A stretch of 64,000 nucleotides of DNA from Desulfosoma sp. (GTDB lineage: Bacteria; Desulfobacterota; Syntrophobacteria; Syntrophobacterales; DSM-9756). Shown here one piece after another: positions 9,369 to 18,004 of the stretch. The DNA lies in the NCBI GenBank assembly GCA_037481835.1, contig JBBFKW010000011.1, positions 32,001-96,000 on the forward strand. Direction: 5' to 3'. The translations under genes and the position numbers were made by a program. Position 1 is the first letter of the stretch. Each line of letters begins with the position of its first letter. The notes beneath the pieces are model-generated. The model did no database searches and was not told the origin of the DNA. It worked only from the letters and a program-made list of their open reading frames with translations.

Positions 9369-12300
9369 TCACAGCAGGATTTCTCGAATCATGTGCTCGA
9401 GGTAGCTCCGGTCGCGATAAGGGCTGTCGGCGGCGTTGGACGGGCACATGGCGATGCAGTTGCCGCACCCCTTGCACAAGGCTTCGTCGACGACCGCTGT
9501 TCCGTAGCCGAATTCATTTTGATGAAAACTCACGGCCTGGTGCGGACATACTTCGGCGCAGCGCCCGCATCCTCGGCACCGTGCCGGGTCGATGGAAACG
9601 GTGTAGCCCTTGCTGTGCCTCGGGCGGCGCGGCATGACGGATGCCGCAAGGACCGCCGCCGCCGCGCCTTTCGTCCGCTGGGACACGTGGATCCCGGGCG
9701 GGTTGGCCAAGAAGAGGCCGGGCACCGATGTGGCCCCAGGATAGAAAAACGGGACGCCGGGCACGCCCCGTTGCTGCATGGCCCATTCGATGCGGCGCGG
9801 CGGCAGATTTTCATAAGGCACATAGGGGATGGCTCGCCGCGACCTTTCGCCCAGGATCACCGCCCCGGTGTGGATCACCTGGGGCGAGCCGTCGATCAAA
9901 GCCATGAGCTGAAAATCCCCCACGGTGCCTTTTAAGCCCTTGATTTCGGCCTGCCGGAACACCTGAATGTTGGGATGGTGAGGAATGTCCGAGTCCGGAT
10001 CCTGAGGGCCCGTGAAGAGAAAGACTTCCATGCCGGATCGGGCCAGGGTGAGGGCGCTCTTGACGGCGGCTTCCGAAACGCCGATGACGGCCGTGGTGAA
10101 GTTGTACGGCCGCGCCGGAGCGGGCATCCTCTTGAGCTTTCGAGTGCGCCCGATGGATCGTTCCAGAAGACCTTGAAATCTTTCCAGAGCCGTGTCCTCG
10201 CCCTGAGCGAAAAACCGCAGGGCTTCGCCTCGCAGGTTGCACGTTTCCACCATGGCACGGCTGATTCCCGTGGCATTGAACAGGGCCGTCTTCAGACGGC
10301 TGCGCTGGTCCGTGCAGGCGCTGCACACGAAATCCAAGGGGCAGCACACGCACGAGGCCAGAACGACCCGGGTCAGCCCTTTTTCCCGGATGGTCTGCAC
10401 CAAGTTTCGGGATCCGTCCGGGCTGCAGGCGGAGCGAAGGATTTCCGTGTGTACCACGTCAGGCCGGTCCTGGAGCGACGCCACGTAGTCCGTCATCGCC
10501 TGGGACCACCCCAGTGAATCGTTGCACCGACAGACGAAAACGCCGATCCGCACCTCCGGCGAGAGAGCAGGATCCGGAGGCGGGAAGGACAGGCCGTGGC
10601 CTTTCATGCGTTGCGCGTTTTCGCCGAGGAGAATCATGGCTTCGGCGGCTGCCGCAAAACCGCGCAGCATCATGGCGTAAACGTCTTCCCGTGCCGACGC
10701 CTTGGTGCTGTAGGCTCGAAGCACATCTTCCCCGCGGATGGGTGGCGCCAGGTCCGGGTCGGCCAGGATCACCACCCCGGCCTGCTCGGCGATTTCCAAA
10801 GCTTTCTGGCGATGGTCCACGGCCCCGCAGCCGTTACAGGCTTCGAGGCACTGGAGGCATTCTGAACAGACCCCGCATTGGAGGCAGCGGTCGGTTTCCG
10901 AACGCACCTGGGCTTCGGAAAGCCCTAGACACACTTCCGTAAAGCCGCAGGTTCTCCGGGACGGATCCACGTGGGCGGGGACCGGCCGTGCACAGAAGAC
11001 GAGATCGTCCGGGATGGGACGAAGATCCCGGTCCTCGGGACGCACGGCCGCGGGAGCGACCTCTTCGCCGCTGAGCGCTCGATGGACGGCGCGGGCGGCA
11101 CGCCGCCCTGAAGCCATGGCGTGGACGACGGACGAAGGCCCTGAAACCGCATCGCCCGCGGCGTAAACCCCGGGAACCGAGGTGCACGCCTCTGCATCGA
11201 CGACTACGAGGCCTTGAGCCGAAAGAGCCATGGACGGCTCGGGGGATCCGAACGGGGTGGGGTCTCCCTGCTGACCGATGGCCACGTAAGCGCGACGGCA
11301 CGGCATGAGGTATGGTTCCGCCCCGGGTTTGGTCACCGGCCACGGGATGCCCTTGGCGTCGGGAGGGCCGGGGATGGTTTCCACACAGCGCAGATGGGTC
11401 AGGCGGCCGTTTTCACCGACGAAAGCCGCTACCCGGGTGCGGTCGATGACGCGAATGCCTTCCTGGCGGGCGTGCTGAATTTCTTCAGGATCTGCGGGAA
11501 TGAGTTCCTCCGGAAACCAGGACAGGATCGTCACGCGGGCGCCCAAACGCACCAAAACGCGGGCGAGGTCGAAAGCGGCGTTGCCGTCCCCGATGACCAC
11601 GACATCGTCGGGTATGGCCGTCACCTCTCCGCGATGGACTCGCATGAGAAACTCCACGCACCCTTCCACCCCTTGGAGGTCCTCCCCTGGGACGTTCATC
11701 TTGCGATCTTTCCACGTGCCGACGGAGACGATGACGGCGTGGAATCGCCGCGAAAGGGTATCCAGCCGGGAGAGATCCACGGGATGGGAGGTGAGGATTT
11801 CCACGCCCAGGCCCTCAATCCATTGAATTTCCCGGTCCAGGACGTCCCGCGGGAGCCGATGGGGGCCGATCCCGTAGCGCAGGAGCCCTCCCGGTTTCGC
11901 TTCCTTTTCGAAAACCGTCACCGCATAACCCAGCCGGGCAAGATCCGCCGCAGCGGCCAAACCCGCCGGTCCCGAGCCGATGACGGCAATTTTTTCAGGC
12001 CTTTTCGGTTCAGGGGGCGCCAGAGGGGGAGGGGAGGCATGATCGGCGAGAAAACGCTTGATGTCTTTAATGGCCACCGCCCCGTCCAAGTCGGCACGGC
12101 GGCAGGCGGCTTCACACGGGTGGGTGCACACCCGGCCGCAGATGGCGGGCAGCACGTTGTCCCGGCGGATGAGTTCCAGAGCCTCGGCGTATCGGCCGGC
12201 GCGGGTGAGGGCCACGTAGCCCTGGACGTTGACGCCGAGCGGGCAGGCTTCTTGACACAAAGGACGGCGACGCTTGTCGATGACCGCCCTTCCGGGAAGC

Positions 12301-12719
12301 CGATACCGGCTTTCCGCCTGCACGGCCTTGGTTCCGTCGGGGTGAGTCACCGGGCACACGGCGACGCACCGGCCGCACAGGGTGCATCGTTCAGCATCCA
12401 CGAACGTAGGGTCAACCGTGATCCGGGCCGAAAACCCTTGCGGCGAATGCTTGAGGGAGGCGATGCGGGCGGGAAGGAGGCATCGGATTTGGGGATTTCT
12501 CAAAATGCGGAGCAACCCGGGCCGATGGGCGAAATTGAGGGGCAGCCCGGAAGCCAGCCTCCATTCGTCCCGGGCGAGCTTGGCATTCAGGTCAGGATCG
12601 GGGTCCACCAAGGTCACGGGAACGCCCATTTCCCCCAGCTTGTTCGCCGCGGCGAGCCCCGCCGGGTTCGCTCCGATGACCAGCACCTTGTAGAGACGGT
12701 CCTTGGCGCTTTCCTTCAT
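9369..12719 (-). CDS. HdrL-like multidomain flavoprotein (HdrA-like segments + GltD/NAD(P)H-binding module + ferredoxin domains)
   Basis: VLVIGANPAG, CTLCGRCVAVCP, CQEACP, ICGRVCTHPCE, IGSGPAG, GGLLRYGI, YAAGD, RCLQCGVCSECLQC, GVFVCRC, VETCNLR, and C-terminal CRGCGRC/CKGCGNC. Confidence 0.85.
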   Translation of the reverse strand: MKESAKDRLYKVLVIGANPAGLAAANKLGEMGVPVTLVDPDPDLNAKLARDEWRLASGLPLNFAHRPGLLRILRNPQIRCLLPARIASLKHSPQGFSARITVDPTFVDAERCTLCGRCVAVCPVTHPDGTKAVQAESRYRLPGRAVIDKRRRPLCQEACPLGVNVQGYVALTRAGRYAEALELIRRDNVLPAICGRVCTHPCEAACRRADLDGAVAIKDIKRFLADHASPPPLAPPEPKRPEKIAVIGSGPAGLAAAADLARLGYAVTVFEKEAKPGGLLRYGIGPHRLPRDVLDREIQWIEGLGVEILTSHPVDLSRLDTLSRRFHAVIVSVGTWKDRKMNVPGEDLQGVEGCVEFLMRVHRGEVTAIPDDVVVIGDGNAAFDLARVLVRLGARVTILSWFPEELIPADPEEIQHARQEGIRVIDRTRVAAFVGENGRLTHLRCVETIPGPPDAKGIPWPVTKPGAEPYLMPCRRAYVAIGQQGDPTPFGSPEPSMALSAQGLVVVDAEACTSVPGVYAAGDAVSGPSSVVHAMASGRRAARAVHRALSGEEVAPAAVRPEDRDLRPIPDDLVFCARPVPAHVDPSRRTCGFTEVCLGLSEAQVRSETDRCLQCGVCSECLQCLEACNGCGAVDHRQKALEIAEQAGVVILADPDLAPPIRGEDVLRAYSTKASAREDVYAMMLRGFAAAAEAMILLGENAQRMKGHGLSFPPPDPALSPEVRIGVFVCRCNDSLGWSQAMTDYVASLQDRPDVVHTEILRSACSPDGSRNLVQTIREKGLTRVVLASCVCCPLDFVCSACTDQRSRLKTALFNATGISRAMVETCNLRGEALRFFAQGEDTALERFQGLLERSIGRTRKLKRMPAPARPYNFTTAVIGVSEAAVKSALTLARSGMEVFLFTGPQDPDSDIPHHPNIQVFRQAEIKGLKGTVGDFQLMALIDGSPQVIHTGAVILGERSRRAIPYVPYENLPPRRIEWAMQQRGVPGVPFFYPGATSVPGLFLANPPGIHVSQRTKGAAAAVLAASVMPRRPRHSKGYTVSIDPARCRGCGRCAEVCPHQAVSFHQNEFGYGTAVVDEALCKGCGNCIAMCPSNAADSPYRDRSYLEHMIREILL

Positions 12720-13318
12720 GCCACGTCTTTCTCCCCGGACTCTTTTTTGCGTCGGCCTTTCAGGACGGCGAGCCCGTACTCGTATCCCTTGTCGAATGCC
12801 GCCAGGTTCATCTTTTCCGTTCCCTTGGGCACCAAGGCCTGCACGGTGTCTCGAGCCGCCTGGGCCGAGACGGCTTGAGAAACGGCCGTAAAGAACCCCA
12901 CCATGACGATGTTGGCCATCATTCGACGGCCCAGTTCCTCCGCAAACCGCGTGGCTGGGATGGCGTAGGTTTCCCCGTGCCGCTCCCCTTGGGGCCGCAC
13001 CAGGTCTTGGTCGAAAAGGAGCAGGCCGTCTTCCTTGAGCATGGGGATGTATTTTTCATAACCGCCTTGGGACAGGCACACGAGGATGTCGGGGCGTCGC
13101 ACGTAAGGGTAGTGGATGGGGCGGTCGGCGATGATGACTTGGGCACTGCACGCCCCACCCCGGGCTTCGGGACCGTACGATTGGGTCAAGGTGCTCTCCC
13201 GATGGTCCCCCAGGCTCGCCGCCCGGCCGACGATCATGCCGGCCAGCACGATGCCCTGCCCGCCGAATCCGGTGAAAAGAATTTCCTTGTGCATGGCATG
13301 CGCCGGGATGGCTTTCAT
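12716..13318 (-). CDS. korC: 2-oxoacid:ferredoxin oxidoreductase gamma subunit
   Basis: GFGGQG, QSYGPEARGG, ANIVMVG and NLAAF motifs; start chosen after a GAGG RBS. Confidence 0.88.
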   Translation of the reverse strand: MKAIPAHAMHKEILFTGFGGQGIVLAGMIVGRAASLGDHRESTLTQSYGPEARGGACSAQVIIADRPIHYPYVRRPDILVCLSQGGYEKYIPMLKEDGLLLFDQDLVRPQGERHGETYAIPATRFAEELGRRMMANIVMVGFFTAVSQAVSAQAARDTVQALVPKGTEKMNLAAFDKGYEYGLAVLKGRRKKESGEKDVA

Positions 13319-13334
13319 GAAATCCCGTCCTCTT

Positions 13335-14177
13335 TCACCCCGCCGCCGAGTCGGGAAGGCGGCAGGTGCGGTCGTACATTTCAATGCATGTAGGGCGTTG
13401 TTCTTCCACGAACTTACCCAAGACGATCCCTCTTTCGAAATCCAGGGCCGCTTCGGCCGGGTTGGCGCCGTTTTTGACGATGGTGCGGTCTTGGTACAGT
13501 TTGAGCGTATCCAACGGGCGTTCCTTGTTTCGGCGGCCGTAGCCCGTAGGGCACGGCGCCAGCACTTCGATAAAGGCGAACCCTTTGTGTTGAAAGGCCT
13601 CTTGGATGGATTGGGTCAAATCCCTTGTGTGGAGGATGGTCCAGCGGGCCACATAGGTGGCTCCGGCCGCGTAGACGAGGAGCGGTAAATTGAACGGTCG
13701 TTCCGGGTTGCCTCGAGGCGTTGTGGTCGTCTTGGCCAGCGTGGGGGTCGTAGCCGCCACCTGGCCTCCGGTCATGCCGTAGTTGAGGTTGTTGACGCAC
13801 AAGACGGTCAGATCGATGTTGCGGCGAGCGGCGTGGATGATGTGGTTCCCGCCGATGGCGAACAGATCCCCGTCGCCGCTGAAGACGATCACGTGGAGTT
13901 CCGGCTTGGCCAGTTTCATGCCGGTGGCGAAGGGGATGGCACGGCCGTGGGTGGTGTGGTAGGAATCCAGGCGCGTGTAGCCGGCCGCCCGGCCGGAACA
14001 GCCGATTCCGGACACCATCACCGCTTTGTCCAAATCCAGGCCGCTGGTGTGCAAGGCCATGAGGCACGCCGAAAAGGCCGTGCCGATGCCGCACCCGGGA
14101 CACCAGATGTGCGGGACCCGTTCCGTTCGCACCAATGCATCCAAGGGGTGGCTCGGGGAGGCCTTGGCTTTTTTCAT
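13335..14177 (-). CDS. korB: 2-oxoacid:ferredoxin oxidoreductase beta subunit (TPP-binding)
   Basis: WCPGCG, SGIGCS, HGRAIP, GDGD..IGGNH, NN.NYGMTGGQ; ATGA overlap with the alpha-subunit stop. Confidence 0.92.
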   Translation of the reverse strand: MKKAKASPSHPLDALVRTERVPHIWCPGCGIGTAFSACLMALHTSGLDLDKAVMVSGIGCSGRAAGYTRLDSYHTTHGRAIPFATGMKLAKPELHVIVFSGDGDLFAIGGNHIIHAARRNIDLTVLCVNNLNYGMTGGQVAATTPTLAKTTTTPRGNPERPFNLPLLVYAAGATYVARWTILHTRDLTQSIQEAFQHKGFAFIEVLAPCPTGYGRRNKERPLDTLKLYQDRTIVKNGANPAEAALDFERGIVLGKFVEEQRPTCIEMYDRTCRLPDSAAG

Positions 14178-15325
14178 AGGCGGTCCTTTATGGCTTGAAC
14201 GATGCTCTCGGGCGCAATGACGGTACCCCCGGCGTGCCCCACCAAATGGCACGGGACCCTGCCCTTGGCGCACCGTTCCACTTCCAGGTGAATCTGCCCC
14301 AGATTGATTTCCACGGTGAACAAGGCCCGAACCCTTCGAGACAAATCGGCGACGGCCTCTTCGGCGAACGGCCAAACCGTGATGAGCCGGAGCAGGCCCG
14401 CCTTGATGCCGTCCTGGCGCGCTTCGTCCACCGCCGCCATGCTGCTTCGAGACGAAACGCCGTAGGAGACGATGGCCACTTCGGCGTCGTCCAGCCTGTA
14501 AGATTCCGTCTGGATAATGTCTCCGAGGTTGCTCCGGATCTTCCCTGTGAGGCGGGCGACCATTTCAGCATGACAATCCGCCGTCATGACCGGATAGCCG
14601 CGCTCGTCATGGGTCAAGCCCGTCACATGGATTCGGTAGCCGTCCCCGGCGTCGGCCATGGGGGCCACCCCGTCCGGGCCGGGGCAAAAAGGCTTGAACC
14701 GATCCTTCCTCCCCTTGGGTCGGCGCCTCGAAACGGTGCGGATGGCCGAAGGGTCCGGGATGACCACCCGTTCACTCAGGTGCCCTACGACCTCGTCGGA
14801 CATGATCAAGACGGGGACACGGTATTTTTCACTGAGATTAAAGGCCCTGATGGTTTGGTAAAAGATGTCCTGAGGAGAGGCGGGGGCCAGGGCGATGATT
14901 TCGTAATGGCCGTGGGATCCCCATCGCGCCTGCATCATGTCGCCTTGGGCGCCCAGCGTGGGAAGGCCCGTGGACGGCCCGGCCCTCTGGACGTTCACCA
15001 CGACGCACGGCGTTTCCGTGCAGATACCCAAGCCGAGGTTTTCCATCATGAGGCTGAAGCCGGGCCCTGAGGTGGCCGTCATGCTCTTGACCCCTGCGCA
15101 CGAAGCGCCCAGGACGGCGGCCATGGCGGCGATTTCGTCTTCCATCTGAATGTAGGTGCCGCCCACATCGGGCAGCCTATCGGACATGTGTTCGGCGATT
15201 TCCGTCGCCGGTGTAATGGGATACCCGGCGAAAAAACGGCACCCGGCCGCCAGAGCTCCTTCAGCGCAGGCGACGTCGCCGGTCATGAAATGTTCGCCGG
15301 TCCATACGGCTGGCTTCATGGACAA
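14174..15325 (-). CDS. korA: 2-oxoacid:ferredoxin oxidoreductase alpha subunit
   Basis: FFAGYPITPATE, QMEDEIA, TATSGPGFSLM and QRAGPSTGLPT motifs. Confidence 0.93.
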   Translation of the reverse strand: MSMKPAVWTGEHFMTGDVACAEGALAAGCRFFAGYPITPATEIAEHMSDRLPDVGGTYIQMEDEIAAMAAVLGASCAGVKSMTATSGPGFSLMMENLGLGICTETPCVVVNVQRAGPSTGLPTLGAQGDMMQARWGSHGHYEIIALAPASPQDIFYQTIRAFNLSEKYRVPVLIMSDEVVGHLSERVVIPDPSAIRTVSRRRPKGRKDRFKPFCPGPDGVAPMADAGDGYRIHVTGLTHDERGYPVMTADCHAEMVARLTGKIRSNLGDIIQTESYRLDDAEVAIVSYGVSSRSSMAAVDEARQDGIKAGLLRLITVWPFAEEAVADLSRRVRALFTVEINLGQIHLEVERCAKGRVPCHLVGHAGGTVIAPESIVQAIKDRL

Positions 15326-15338
15326 ACCTCCACGCCCT

Positions 15339-15647
15339 TCACGAGCCCGCCGAGCCGGTCCCCGCGGGGACTGCCGCGTCCTCGGAGTGCACCGGAATTT
15401 CCACGGAAAAAATGGCCAGGTCCGGGCAGATGATTTCGCAGTAGTGGCAATTCACGCAGGCCTCCGCGTTCTTCACTTCCGGCGGATGGTAGCCTTTGGC
15501 ATTGAACCGCTTGGACTCTTGAAGGACATCGCGAGGGCAAAAGGCGATGCAGTAGCCGCAGCCCTTGCACCGATCTTCAATGATGAGCACCATGCCCTTG
15601 GTGATGGGAATCTCGCCGATATCCAAAGGAGTGCGCCAGAATTTCAT
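15339..15647 (-). CDS. korD: 2-oxoacid:ferredoxin oxidoreductase delta subunit (2x[4Fe-4S] ferredoxin)
   Basis: CKGCGYCIAFCP and CVNCHYCEIICPDLAI; AGGAG RBS before ATG 15647. Confidence 0.88.
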   Translation of the reverse strand: MKFWRTPLDIGEIPITKGMVLIIEDRCKGCGYCIAFCPRDVLQESKRFNAKGYHPPEVKNAEACVNCHYCEIICPDLAIFSVEIPVHSEDAAVPAGTGSAGS

Positions 15648-15753
15648 GGGACGGGCTCCTCCAGGTGTTGGCCGTCGATGATGGGGGATTTTCCCTTCGT
15701 TAAGCGGGCGTGGGATGCTTGAGCTCATTCCTTGCCGCGCGCCCAGGTTCCGC

Positions 15754-15798
15754 ACTAAAAACCAGCCCCAAGGGATGTGTCAAGAAATTTTCTCTTGA
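15754..15798 (-). promoter_or_regulatory. Candidate sigma70 promoter and overlapping inverted repeat for the kor-hdr operon
   Basis: Minus-strand TTGACA (15778-15783), 18 nt, then TTTAGT. The inverted repeat TCAAGA-N7-TCTTGA (15780-15798) overlaps the -35. Confidence 0.35.
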
Positions 15799-16043
15799 GC
15801 CCGAGGATCCATCGGATCCTCCCCGACTTTTCAAAAAGGGATCGCCCTGGAAATCTTCGAGAAACGTCCTTCGCATGATCTTTCCCTTTGGGGATTGCGG
15901 CGAGAAAACCGAAAGAAGTCCTTTTCGCAGTTCCATCCCGGCTCGCCGTATGGGATACCCCCTCGTTTTGTGGATGGAGATTGGAAAATCACGTCGGGAA
16001 ATGGGCTCGGCCGTCCTCGTGTGCCCGGGCACCGTGCCAGCCC

Positions 16044-16400
16044 CCCAACGGATTTGATTTGGGAAACCCGCCGACGACTTCACCGCATCGGGCGGCCGAG
16101 AAGCCCGCCGCTGTGCCGAAGAACTCACCGCGATGGACAGGAACGGTCTTGCCGCGGGGTTGTTTGGATCCCTCGCTCGAGGCGACGCTCCGCCCCCAAG
16201 CGATGCCGATGTGCTTGCGGCCTTGAATGAGCATATCCATGGACGGGGGTTTGAAAGGATTCCGCAACATGCCGAGGCCTTTCCCTCGGCATCTCTTCCT
16301 GTGGAGGTTTTCCTTACACGATCGCTGAAGTGGAGCGGATGTGCGCGGGCCTTTGCCCGCTTCTTGAAAGGATTTTCCAGGAACTCATCCCCGTAAGGGG
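16044..16400 (+). pseudogene. Decayed HEPN-MNT (minimal nucleotidyltransferase) toxin-antitoxin remnant
   Basis: PNGFDLG / KPADDFTASGGREARRCAEE (HEPN C-terminus-like, frameshifted) runs into GLFGSLARGDAPPPSDADVL (Pol-beta GS..DxD motif), then PVEVF / PYTIAEVERM after a second frameshift. Confidence 0.62.
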
Positions 16401-16470
16401 CGATGCGAGCCTGTGGGTGGGCTCGCAAGAGAAGTTTCGCCGGATTCGGGGGACGAATCCCGATGCTTGA

Positions 16471-17917
16471 TCACGGCGGGGTGTCAGGGGTGGGGAACCC
16501 TTCGAGGATGCGGCCCGTGGCGGCGTGGAGGCGGATCCAGGCGTTTTCAAGGAAAATCCGGGTCAGGGCGAGTTGGCTTTGGGCTTGAACCAGATCGCGT
16601 TGCGCTTGGGTAAGGCGCACCAAGGAGGCCTGCCCCGCTGCATATTCTTTGGCCACCAAATCCCGGGTTTGGCGCACGAGGGCGGCGTTTTTTTCTTGAA
16701 GCCGCAGCTGTTCCTGGGCTCCCAGAATTTGCGCCACGGCTGCCTGGACCTGGGAGGCGGCATCGACGGCGGCGCTTTGGACCTTGTCTTCCGCTTCCCG
16801 CCGAGCCTGCCGCGCTTCCCGAACCCTGGAGTAGTCTTCTCCCCCGGCAAAAAGCGGCACGACCACCGCGATGCCGACCGAAGAACCGAAATCGTCCTGT
16901 CCCATGCGGGCACTGTTGGCCCTGGAGCCTTCAAACGTACTGAAAAGGCTTACCGAAGGAGAAAAGCGCGATTGTGCCGATCCCACGCCGGCCTGAGCTG
17001 CCTGAAGGCCGAATCGGGCCTGAAGGACATCCGGCCGATGGTGCAGGGCGTAAGCGACGTCGTCCGAAACGGACGGTTCTTTTAGCAAGGCTTCGGGCAC
17101 ATCGCCCAAGGGCGCCAGAACGGTCCGTTCGTCCAGTGTGCCCTCGGGCAGGCCCATGAGAGCCGCCAGACCGGTGAGGGCCACGCGGTATTCTTGATCC
17201 GCCAGAATCTTCTGGGCTCGGGCCAGATTCACCTGCACCTGAAAGTTCAAGACGTCACTCAAGGATCCAGCTCCCAGCGCCTCGCGTGCTTGAGCGTCTT
17301 GCAACTGGCGTTGATTGAAGGCTTCGTCCGCTTCGGCGATGATGCCTCGTTCCCGACCGAGCTGAGCGCTGAAATAGCTGTCCGCGACGGCGGCGAGGAG
17401 CACTCTTTGCGCTTCTCGGTAAGCCGCCTTGCTTCCTTCCTCGTTGAATCGCGCGGCCGCCAAGGCGAACTCCCGCTGGAACCCGTCGAAAAGCGTCAAG
17501 ACGGCGCTGAGCGTCGCGCTGTAGACGTCTTCACGGTCCCTGGGGATGAGCCCCCCCGGGATGGAGGAAAAACCCGATGAAGGGAGCACGGTTCCTTGGT
17601 TTTCCGGGTAACGCACGTGGGCGGCGTTGGCCGACCCTTCGATGCGCGGCAGATACCGCGACCAGGCTTGCCGTACCCGCTCTCGGGCCTGGGACGCCCG
17701 GGCCCGTGCGGCGCTGAGGGACGGGTTGGCTTCCAAAGCGATGCGCTGCGCCGTCTCCAGGTCCAAAACGGCGGGAATCCGGGTTGAGGGGTTTGCTTGC
17801 ATCGCCCTTGATTCGGATGGGGGGGGATCCGCCGGCATGAGCTGAGGGGGTTCCCGCGATCATGAGGGGCAGAAGCACAAAGAGGACGACGAAAAGAGGA
17901 TGGGAGGTCTTGCGCAT
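16471..17917 (-). CDS. TolC-family outer membrane efflux protein; signal peptide out of frame at a C8 tract (17819-17826)
   Basis: Body (16471..17838) is TolC-like (ALEANPSL, LTLFDG, RPDV, VPLFAGG, YAAG). The signal peptide MRKTSHPLFVVLFVLLPLMIAGTPSAHA starts at ATG 17917 in another frame; removing one C joins the two. Confidence 0.85.
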
Positions 17918-18004
17918 ACGGTGCCTTCCAACCTTTCAACCGCACGTTCGGGCGTGGCCGCGAGGGACATGGCCGCCGGCCCGGACTCTGACAATAAGGG
18001 TCTC

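Noticed and set aside
11214..12878. Long antisense ORFs (e.g. 11214..12878, 19706..21265, 29001..30473, 39297..41096)
   Set aside because: They are shadows of well-supported genes on the opposite strand, typical of high-GC DNA, and carry no motifs.
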